Notes under the pieces: generated by a model
The model's database searches: none
Told to the model about the DNA's origin: nothing
What the model saw: the letters and a program-made list of their open reading frames with translations, nothing else
Made by a program: the position numbers and the translations under genes
Assembly (NCBI GenBank): GCA_045863295.1
Contig: BTWA01000057.1
Span: forward strand, 1 to 24,700
Direction: 5' to 3'
DNA length: 24,700 nucleotides
Origin: Candidatus Hydrogenedentota bacterium
GTDB lineage: Bacteria; Hydrogenedentota; Hydrogenedentia; Hydrogenedentales; SLHB01
Part shown: one piece after another, positions 17,723-24,700 of the stretch
How positions within the stretch are numbered: position 1 is the first letter of the stretch
How the letters are laid out: every line of letters begins with the position of its first letter

Positions 17723-19324
17723 ATGCGTAAACCATTGCTGTTTGCTGTTGTTGCGGTGGCCGCGCTTGTGGCCGTGCCCGCGATGGCAGAATTGCAGAAC
17801 CTCACGATTGGCGGCGATATCCGCATTCGTGCGAACTACTACTTCAACTACTCGCCGAAGCCGACGGTCGGCGGCGGCGCGGCGACGGCCAGCACCATCA
17901 TTTGGCCGAATTTCTTCCTGCCCCGTCGTCCCATCGGAACGGGCTCCCCGCTGTTGGGCGGTGGCTTCATTGCCAGCGCGCTCTTGTTTGATGATGATCA
18001 AAGCAACGACTTCAACATCATCGAACAGCGCACCCGCATCAACTTCAAAGCGGACTTCACCAACGACGTCAGCGCGTTCATTGAATTGGACAGCTACGAT
18101 ATCTGGGGTGAAGACTTCCGTTCGCGCAACTGGGTGACCGGCTTCGACAACCGCGCCGTCTCCAATGACGACGTGGAAGTGTACCAAGCGTACATCGAAG
18201 CGAACGAAATGTTCGGCTACCCGCTTCGTCTTCGGGTTGGCCGTCAGGAATTGGCCTTCGGCAGCGAGTGGTTGGTGGGCACGAACGACACCGCCGCGCT
18301 GTTCCAGGGTCTGTCCTTTGACGCCCTTCGTCTTACCTACGCGACCGACGTCTTCAGCATTGATGCGTTTGCCTCGAAGTTGAACGACACGACCCCGCGC
18401 GAGCAAGACGGCGACGTGGACTTCTACGGCGTGTACGCCAGCTACCTGGGCCTGGAAGACATCGTGATCGATGCTTACTGGTTCTACCTGCGTGACGCCC
18501 AGCGCCTCAACGACACGAACTTCATCGCGCCGTTGGAAGCGGTGGAAGATCTGCTTGGCCTCGACGACTACGACGTTTCCAACCTTCATACCGTTGGCCT
18601 CCGCGGAGCGGGCACGATCGGTAACTTCGACTTCGAAGCCGAAGCTGCTTATCAGTTCGGTGATGCTGACCAAGTTGGTTTCTTGTTCAAGCCGTTCCTG
18701 TATGGCGATGACGGCGCCGAGTTCGAAGCGTGGGGTGGCAACCTTGAATTGGGTTACACCTTCGACATCGCTTGGCAGCCCCGCGTTTACTTGGGCGGTG
18801 CCTATCTTGACGGTGAAGACGATCGCGACATCAGCTTCTTTGAATGGCTCAGCCCGTTCACGTCGCCTGAAGCCAGCGTGAGCTTCAACCGCCTGTTCTC
18901 GAACTGGGAATACTCCGAGTTCATTGAGAACACCGACCTCTCCAACGTCGCCATCATCCGTGGTGGTGTGAGCGCGATGCCGACCGAAAGCATCGAGCTG
19001 TTGTTGGCCGTGACCTACTTCTGGGCTCTTGAAGAGTTCGATTCCCCGGCTTATTTCTCGGTCGGCGGCTTCAAGGTCCCCGTGGCGCCGGCGCTCTCCT
19101 TCCTGACCCAGCAGAGCGACGACGAACTCGGCTTGGAAGTGGGCCTGTATGCGACGTACCACTACAGTGAAGACCTGTCGTTCTCCGTTGGCTACGCCCA
19201 CTTCTTCACTGAAGACGGCGCTTCCGACGGCAACTTCTCGAACCTGAACGGCACCGGCTTCATCGGTGGCACGAGCGACGACGATCTGGACTACGTGTAC
19301 TTCGAAACGCAAATCACGTTCTAA
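17723..19324 (+). CDS. Outer-membrane beta-barrel, alginate export (AlgE-like) family, paralogue 1
   Basis: Sec signal peptide (AMA|ELQN), 'GGDIRIR', 'EQRTRINF', 'YQAYIE', 'LRVGRQEL.FG', 'FDALRL', alternating beta-strand pattern, C-terminal 'YVYFETQITF' BAM signal, SD AAGGAG. Confidence 0.85.
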   Translation: MRKPLLFAVVAVAALVAVPAMAELQNLTIGGDIRIRANYYFNYSPKPTVGGGAATASTIIWPNFFLPRRPIGTGSPLLGGGFIASALLFDDDQSNDFNIIEQRTRINFKADFTNDVSAFIELDSYDIWGEDFRSRNWVTGFDNRAVSNDDVEVYQAYIEANEMFGYPLRLRVGRQELAFGSEWLVGTNDTAALFQGLSFDALRLTYATDVFSIDAFASKLNDTTPREQDGDVDFYGVYASYLGLEDIVIDAYWFYLRDAQRLNDTNFIAPLEAVEDLLGLDDYDVSNLHTVGLRGAGTIGNFDFEAEAAYQFGDADQVGFLFKPFLYGDDGAEFEAWGGNLELGYTFDIAWQPRVYLGGAYLDGEDDRDISFFEWLSPFTSPEASVSFNRLFSNWEYSEFIENTDLSNVAIIRGGVSAMPTESIELLLAVTYFWALEEFDSPAYFSVGGFKVPVAPALSFLTQQSDDELGLEVGLYATYHYSEDLSFSVGYAHFFTEDGASDGNFSNLNGTGFIGGTSDDDLDYVYFETQITF

Positions 19325-19355
19325 GTTCACGCGTTCAGCTTTCGCTGAGTCCTAC

Positions 19356-19388
19356 GCCCCCGCGAGGTACCTCCTCGCGGGGGCTTTT
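19356..19388 (+). terminator. Intrinsic terminator after barrel gene 1
   Basis: Perfect 12-bp stem GCCCCCGCGAGG/CCTCGCGGGGGC, 5-nt loop, then TTTT. Confidence 0.85.
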
Positions 19389-19447
19389 ACATACCGCCCC
19401 GTTTCACCGGCCGTGCCCTCTCGATCTCCTAAAATCCTCAGAACCCC

Positions 19448-19476
19448 TTGACTCGTTTCGTGCTCCCTGCTATAGT
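19448..19476 (+). promoter_or_regulatory. Sigma70-type promoter of barrel gene 2
   Basis: TTGACT, 17 nt spacer, TATAGT with extended TGn. Confidence 0.75.
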
Positions 19477-19542
19477 GCCAATCTGTTGGGGGATTGTGTA
19501 AACCTATATACGTAATACATCTTTTGCCGTCCAGGGATTCAC

Positions 19543-19629
19543 CATCCAGAGCAACCTCACATCGGGGGATGAAAGGGGGAATGCAGTCAGGTCAGCCATG
19601 CCTGCCTCCGAGGTTGTCCAAGCGGGATG
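19543..19629 (+). ncRNA. Conserved structured leader element, copy 2
   Basis: Helices CATCC/GGATG, GCAACCT/AGGTTGT and CGGGGG/CCTCCG. Same length as copy 1 and nearly the same distance from the -10 (72 vs 73 nt). Confidence 0.6.
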
Positions 19630-19652
19630 TGCCCAATAGATATCGAATGTGA
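19581..19652 (+). CDS. Candidate leader peptide (uORF) MQSGQPCLPPRLSKRDVPNRYRM
   Basis: GAAAGGGGGA before the ATG; ungapped homologue of the uORF at 17545. Confidence 0.4.
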   Translation: MQSGQPCLPPRLSKRDVPNRYRM

Positions 19653-19755
19653 TCAAATGAGCCGGTGTGGACGGGGGAAACAGTTCCATGCATGGCAGGG
19701 GTGCCAACCGAAACCCATTCGGTTCGGCAAACGATTTTCAAAGGAGCTCGAAGCA

Positions 19756-21366
19756 ATGCGTAAACCATTGCTGTTTGCCGTTATTGCGGCGGCCGCGCTT
19801 GTGGCCGTTCCCGCGATGGCGGAACTGCAAAACCTCACGATAGGCGGCGATATCCGCATTCGTGCGAACTACTACTTCAACTACTCGCCGAAACCGACCG
19901 TTGCCGGCGGTGTCGCGACGGCCAGCACCATAATCTGGCCGAACTTCTTCCTGCCTCGACGGCCCATCGGAGCATTTTCTCCGATCGGCGCGATTGCCCC
20001 GTTTGGCGCGATCACAAGTACATTGCTCTTCGACGACGATCAGAGCAATGACTTCAACATGATCGAACAGCGCACACGGCTTAATTTCAAGGCGGACTTC
20101 ACCAACGATGTCAGTGCGTTCATCGAACTGGACAGCTATGACATTTGGGGCGAAGACTTCCGCTCGCAGAATTGGGTGACCGGATTCGACAACCGCGCCG
20201 TTTCCAACAACGACGTGGAAGTGTATCAAGCGTATATCGAAGCGAACGAAATGTTTGGCTATCCGCTTCGCCTGCGCATCGGCCGCCAGGAAATGGCGCT
20301 CGGCAGCGAGTGGTTGATCGGCACGAACGACACCGCCGCGCTGTTTCAAGGCCTGTCTTTCGACGCCATCCGTCTGAGCTATGCAACCGACGTATTTAGC
20401 GTCGACGCATTCATGGCCAAATTGGCTGACACAACCCCGCTCGAACAGGACGGCGACGTCGACCTGTACGGCGTTTATGCCAGCTATCTCGGCCTGGAAG
20501 ACATCGTAATCGATGCTTACTGGCTGTATGTACGTGATGCCCGCCGCCTCAATGACACGAACTTTATCGCGCCGTTGGAAGCGGTGGAAGACCTCCTGGG
20601 TCTCGACAACTACGATGCGACGAATCTTCATACCGTTGGCCTCCGCGGAGCAGGCACCATCGGCAACTTCGACTTTGAAGCCGAAGTCGCGTATCAGTTC
20701 GGTGAAGTTGACCAAGTCGGATTCATGTTCAAGCCGTTCCTGTACGGCGACGATGGCGCAGAGACCAATGCATGGGGTGGAAATCTCGAGTTGGGGTATA
20801 CCTTCGACATCGCATGGCAACCCCGTGTCTACTTGGGAGGCGCATACTTCGACGGTGAAGACAACCGTGACATCACCTTCCTCGAATGGCTCAGCCCGTT
20901 CACCAGTCCGCAGGCGAGTGTCAGTTTCAACCGTCTATTCTCGAACTGGGAATACTCCGAGTTCATTGAGAATACAGAGCTCTCCAACGTTGCCATCATC
21001 CGTGGTGGTGTGAGCGCGATGCCGACCGAAAGCATCGAGCTGTTGTTGGCCGTGACCTACTTCTGGGCGCTTGAAGAATTTGACTCTCCGGCCTATTTCT
21101 CGGTCGGCGGCTTCAAGGTCCCCGTGGCGCCGGCGCTCTCTTTCCTGACCCAGCAGAGCGACGACGAACTCGGCTTGGAAGTGGGCCTGTACGCGACCTA
21201 CCACTACAGCGAAGACCTGTCGTTCTCCGTTGGCTATGCCCACTTCTTTACAGAAGACGGCATCAACGGCGGCAACTTCTCCGGCCTGAACGGCACCGGC
21301 TACCTGGGTGGCACGAGCGACGACGATCTGGACTACGTGTTCTTCGAAACGCAGATCACGTTCTAG
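19756..21366 (+). CDS. Outer-membrane beta-barrel, alginate export (AlgE-like) family, paralogue 2
   Basis: Highly similar to paralogue 1 over its full length. True start is ATG 19756 (MRKPLLF) after SD AAGGAG; C-terminal 'FFETQITF'. Confidence 0.85.
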   Translation: MRKPLLFAVIAAAALVAVPAMAELQNLTIGGDIRIRANYYFNYSPKPTVAGGVATASTIIWPNFFLPRRPIGAFSPIGAIAPFGAITSTLLFDDDQSNDFNMIEQRTRLNFKADFTNDVSAFIELDSYDIWGEDFRSQNWVTGFDNRAVSNNDVEVYQAYIEANEMFGYPLRLRIGRQEMALGSEWLIGTNDTAALFQGLSFDAIRLSYATDVFSVDAFMAKLADTTPLEQDGDVDLYGVYASYLGLEDIVIDAYWLYVRDARRLNDTNFIAPLEAVEDLLGLDNYDATNLHTVGLRGAGTIGNFDFEAEVAYQFGEVDQVGFMFKPFLYGDDGAETNAWGGNLELGYTFDIAWQPRVYLGGAYFDGEDNRDITFLEWLSPFTSPQASVSFNRLFSNWEYSEFIENTELSNVAIIRGGVSAMPTESIELLLAVTYFWALEEFDSPAYFSVGGFKVPVAPALSFLTQQSDDELGLEVGLYATYHYSEDLSFSVGYAHFFTEDGINGGNFSGLNGTGYLGGTSDDDLDYVFFETQITF

Positions 21367-21395
21367 AAGTACACGTCCGACACACGCTGATATCT

Positions 21396-21436
21396 CCGCC
21401 CCTGTGGGACTTCTCCTGCAGGGGCGGGTCCTTTTT
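21396..21436 (+). terminator. Intrinsic terminator after barrel gene 2
   Basis: Stem CCGCCCCTGTGGGA/TCCTGCAGGGGCGG (with G-U pairs), loop CTTC, followed by a T-tract. Confidence 0.8.
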
Positions 21437-21477
21437 CCGCCCAGTAAACCCATCTTGCCTACGCTCAGTATAAACTA

Positions 21478-21506
21478 TTGACAAAAAATACAATCTGCGA
21501 TATATT
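21478..21506 (+). promoter_or_regulatory. Sigma70-type promoter of barrel gene 3
   Basis: TTGACA, 17 nt spacer, TATATT. Confidence 0.7.
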
Positions 21507-21770
21507 TCGAAGTTAATGGGAGTCCGCCGAGTACGTGCCTGACAAAGCCGAACGTCCGGCCGGAATTCGATGACCACGCATTTTCGGGCCCGGAGCGGAT
21601 GTAGGGGTTAGGCTCTGGAGTACGGCCAACCGACTTTTGATTCGAACAAACGTATTCAGGGGAGATTGGGTTTGCACCCACGAACCGGATGCATAGCTGC
21701 GGTCGAACCACGGCAATGCAGGCGAAGTCAAATCCCAGGCTCGACATATAACTGAAAGGAGCCCAAGGAA

Positions 21771-23381
21771 ATGCGCATATGCCTGCTACTCGTCTTCACG
21801 GCAATGGCCGTGCTTGTGGGCGTGCCGGCAATGGCGGAAGTGCAAAACATCACTATTGGCGGCACCATCCACATCCGAGCCAACTATTACTTCAACTATT
21901 CCCCAAAACCAACGGTGATCGGCGGTGTTCCAACCGCAAATACCATAATCTGGCCCAACTTCTTCCTTCCACGCCGTCCGATTGGGTCTTTTTCGCCGTT
22001 AGGCGGCATCGCCCCCTTTGGCGCCGTAACCAGTTCCCTGCTTTTTGATGATGATCAGAGCAATGATCTCAGCCTGATCGAACAGCGCACGCGAATCAAC
22101 TTCAAAGCGGATTTTACGAATGACGTCAGCGCGTTCATCGAATTAGAGAGCTACGACTTTTGGGGCGAGGATTTCCGGTCCCGAAATTGGGTCACCGGTT
22201 TCGACAACCGTGCCGTCTCCACCGACGACGTTGAAATGTTTCAGGCGTACATAGAGGCCAATGAGATGTTCGGCTATCCTTTGCGCCTGCGGGTAGGCCG
22301 TCAGGAAATATCATTGGGTAGCGAATGGCTGGTGGGCACCAACAACACCCCGTCGTTCTTCGCGGGCCTCTCGTTTGACGCTCTTCGGCTAACCTATGCC
22401 ACCGATGTGTTCAGTATCGACGCATTCGCTTCCAAGTTGAACGACACCACACCCCGTGAACAAGACGGCGATGTGGACTTTTACGGCGTCTATGCCAGCT
22501 ACCTGGGCCTTGAAGACATCGTATTCGATGCCTACTGGCTCTATCTGCGCGATGCCCAGCGTCTCAACGACACCAACTTCATTGCCCCGTTGGAGGCCGT
22601 GGAAGATTTGCTCGGTCTGGACGACTACGATGTTTCCAACCTTCACACGGTCGGATTGCGCGGCGCGGGTACCATCGGGAACTTCGACTTCGAAGCCGAA
22701 GCGGCGTATCAGTTCGGCGATGCCGGTCAAGTGGGTTTCCTGTTCAAACCGTTCCTATACGGCGACGACGGCGCCGAGTTCGACGCGTGGGGAGGCAATC
22801 TTGAACTCGGCTACACGTTCGATGTCGCTTGGCAACCCCGCGTATATTTGGGCGGAGCTTACTTCGAAGGGGAAGACGATCGCGACATTAGCTTTCTGGA
22901 ATGGCTCAGCCCGTTCACCCGTCCCGAGGCCAGCGTCAGTTTCAACCGGTTATTCTCCAGTTGGGAATACTCTGAGTTTCTCGAGAACTCGGAAATGTCC
23001 AATGTGATGCTGGTTCGCGGCGGCGTGGGAGCCATGCCGACGGAGAGCATTGAGTTGTTGCTTGCTGTCAGCTACTTCTGGGCACTCGAAGAGTTCGATT
23101 CCCCGGCCTATTTCTCGGTCGGCGGTTTTAAAATGCCCGTCGCGCCCGCCTTGTCGTTCCTCACTCAGAAGAGTGAAGATGAACTCGGCCTGGAAGTTGG
23201 CCTCTATGCGACCTACCACTACAGCGAAGATTTGGCCTTCTCGGTGGGCTACGCCCACTTTTTCACGGAAGACGGCGCAGCCGACGGCAGCTTCTATGCG
23301 CTGAACGGCACGGCATTTCTTGGCGGTGGCGGCGACGACGACCTCGACTACGTGTATTTCGAGACCCAACTCAGCTTCTAG
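21771..23381 (+). CDS. Outer-membrane beta-barrel, alginate export (AlgE-like) family, paralogue 3
   Basis: Full-length paralogue with signal peptide (AMA|EVQN), C-terminal 'YVYFETQLSF' and SD AAGGAG. Confidence 0.85.
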   Translation: MRICLLLVFTAMAVLVGVPAMAEVQNITIGGTIHIRANYYFNYSPKPTVIGGVPTANTIIWPNFFLPRRPIGSFSPLGGIAPFGAVTSSLLFDDDQSNDLSLIEQRTRINFKADFTNDVSAFIELESYDFWGEDFRSRNWVTGFDNRAVSTDDVEMFQAYIEANEMFGYPLRLRVGRQEISLGSEWLVGTNNTPSFFAGLSFDALRLTYATDVFSIDAFASKLNDTTPREQDGDVDFYGVYASYLGLEDIVFDAYWLYLRDAQRLNDTNFIAPLEAVEDLLGLDDYDVSNLHTVGLRGAGTIGNFDFEAEAAYQFGDAGQVGFLFKPFLYGDDGAEFDAWGGNLELGYTFDVAWQPRVYLGGAYFEGEDDRDISFLEWLSPFTRPEASVSFNRLFSSWEYSEFLENSEMSNVMLVRGGVGAMPTESIELLLAVSYFWALEEFDSPAYFSVGGFKMPVAPALSFLTQKSEDELGLEVGLYATYHYSEDLAFSVGYAHFFTEDGAADGSFYALNGTAFLGGGGDDDLDYVYFETQLSF

Positions 23382-23411
23382 CCGGAACGTGGCAACGGAA
23401 ACTCAAGGTTA

Positions 23412-23450
23412 CCACCCCCGCGGACGTTGCAGCGGGGGTGGCTTTCGTTT
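23412..23450 (+). terminator. Intrinsic terminator after barrel gene 3
   Basis: 10-bp stem CCACCCCCGC/GCGGGGGTGG followed by CTTTCGTTT. Confidence 0.75.
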
Positions 23451-23557
23451 GCACTTGCTGCCCGGATCAACTCATGCTTTGACCAAAGGTATCTTGAAAT
23501 TAACCCCGGCCACCCATCAGACTCATACCTTACCAGCGACCACCACGAGGGCAACGC

Positions 23558-24568
23558 ATGGGAATGGGGAAGAAAGAGGCCGAACAGCGTTTCAAGGCCT
23601 CGGACACGCTTTACAAGGAAGGCAAATTCGCCGACGCGCTCATCCATCTGGATGCGCTGAACAAAGCGTTTCCCAGTACCCGTAACGTTCTATACCCCCG
23701 TGCGGGCTGCCTGTATCGGCTTGGCCGTTACGACGAAGCCGCCGAAATCTGCGATGAACTCTCCAAGCGGTTTCAGGACAAGCGTGCCGACAGGCTTCGC
23801 CAGCAAATCAACGCCAAACGCTTTAACTTGATTGCCCAAGGGCACACCCCGGATTCCACCGACATCGACTCCCTCAGCGCCGATTTGGGCGATCTTTTCG
23901 CTCCGGCCATTCCTCCGCCTGCTGCGCCCAAGGAACCCATTAAGGAGGGACCCGACTGGAAGAAGATCGGTCTGATTGGGGGCGGAATCCTGGCTGTAGC
24001 CCTGTTACTGATCATTCCCTTGTTACTGGCGCCGGAAAGAGCGCCCGAACCGGCCGCCAGCGGATCTCAGGCGACCGCCGAAAGCGATGCGCCAATTCCC
24101 ATGATCGCAATGAGCGATGACGGCGAATTGGTCTTCTTCGGCTATGCACCAACTATGCTTGGCTGGTTTCTGGTCGGATTCAGCCTCCAACTGTTTCACT
24201 ACACGCTCACGTTGTTTCTTACGTTGATGGCCACGAACAAGTTGCCGGACGGGACACTCGGCGAGGTCATACTCAATTGCATGATTGTTTCGGGGATTTG
24301 CGCGCTTATTTCCACTATTCCGTCGTACTTCTTCCGCATTGGCGGGTGTTTCAGTTTCTTCATTAACATGAGCATTTTGCGCAGCAACTACGACATGGGT
24401 TTCGTTGACTTCATCGTGCTATACGCAATAGGCCTAGTCACTGGGTTTCTCATTTTGCTTGTGATAGTTGGAATCGGCATTGCGTTTGGATTTGCCGCCA
24501 TGGCTTCCGCCACGCCAGAAGCCATGGTCACAATCCTACCCCGGATATTTCACGACTTTGTCCAATAA
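23558..24568 (+). CDS. TPR-containing multi-pass membrane protein
   Basis: N-terminal TPR-like helices ('LYKEGKFADAL', 'CLYRLGRYDEAAEIC'), a Pro-rich linker, one TM, a short polar spacer, then ~3-4 hydrophobic segments. Start may be 23564. Confidence 0.75.
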   Translation: MGMGKKEAEQRFKASDTLYKEGKFADALIHLDALNKAFPSTRNVLYPRAGCLYRLGRYDEAAEICDELSKRFQDKRADRLRQQINAKRFNLIAQGHTPDSTDIDSLSADLGDLFAPAIPPPAAPKEPIKEGPDWKKIGLIGGGILAVALLLIIPLLLAPERAPEPAASGSQATAESDAPIPMIAMSDDGELVFFGYAPTMLGWFLVGFSLQLFHYTLTLFLTLMATNKLPDGTLGEVILNCMIVSGICALISTIPSYFFRIGGCFSFFINMSILRSNYDMGFVDFIVLYAIGLVTGFLILLVIVGIGIAFGFAAMASATPEAMVTILPRIFHDFVQ

Positions 24569-24700
24569 ACTGTGTAACAACAGTTCCACCGCACCATTGT
24601 AGAATGCAACGCAAGTACAGTGTGCGCGTGAAATATCCTCAGCGATTCTAGACAATTTTAACTTTTTATACCTACGACACAGTGCCGAAAGTAACCTGCC

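Noticed and set aside
17645..19330. 561-aa antisense ORF over barrel gene 1 (also 19738-20820 over gene 2)
   Set aside because: Codon-register shadow of a strongly biased gene. It is broken by stops in the other paralogues and has no protein-like motifs.
19541..19630. Resemblance of 'ATCCAGAG...GCAACC...GATG' to a SAM-I riboswitch
   Set aside because: The kink-turn/pseudoknot P2 and the GGTGC-AA-TCC elements are missing, and GCAACC is not conserved in copy 1.
21516..21700. uORF homologue in leader 3 ('...GADVGVRL')
   Set aside because: The frame has a stop at 21571-21573 and no start codon before the DV motif, LPPR is absent, and the similarity is too weak.
17723..23381. Paralogue repeats as a diversity-generating retroelement or invertible/silent-cassette system
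   Set aside because: No reverse transcriptase or recombinase is present, differences are not adenine-specific, and all copies are intact with their own promoters.
1..24700. CRISPR array, tRNA, rRNA, IS elements
   Set aside because: No regularly spaced short repeats, cloverleaf or rRNA signatures, or transposase ORFs were seen by eye.

Overview
GC-rich chromosomal window from a diderm bacterium; the gene style suggests Ca. Hydrogenedentota or similar (inference only). Left to right: (1) a DUF4350-MoxR-DUF58-SpoIIM-RDD operon and a membrane dipeptidase; (2) an HD-domain gene; (3) an AT-richer TcmP + DUF5131 islet; (4) a truncated DnaA-like AAA+ domain fused to a very long coiled coil, divergent from a membrane-anchored PP2C phosphatase; (5) a minus-strand operon (HPD-less J-like protein, hypothetical protein, PHP, signal peptidase I, LpxH-like phosphoesterase); (6) three tandem, mosaic paralogues of an alginate-export-like outer-membrane beta-barrel; (7) a TPR/membrane protein. 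Each barrel gene has its own sigma70-type promoter, ~260-280 nt leader and terminator. The most striking unexplained signal is an ungapped 87-nt element in leaders 1 and 2. It shows compensatory base-pair changes and also carries a conserved short uORF (MxSGxxxLPPRxxxRDVxxR[F/Y]), making it a candidate undescribed cis-regulatory RNA/leader-peptide system. No CRISPR, tRNA, rRNA, integrase or transposase was recognised.
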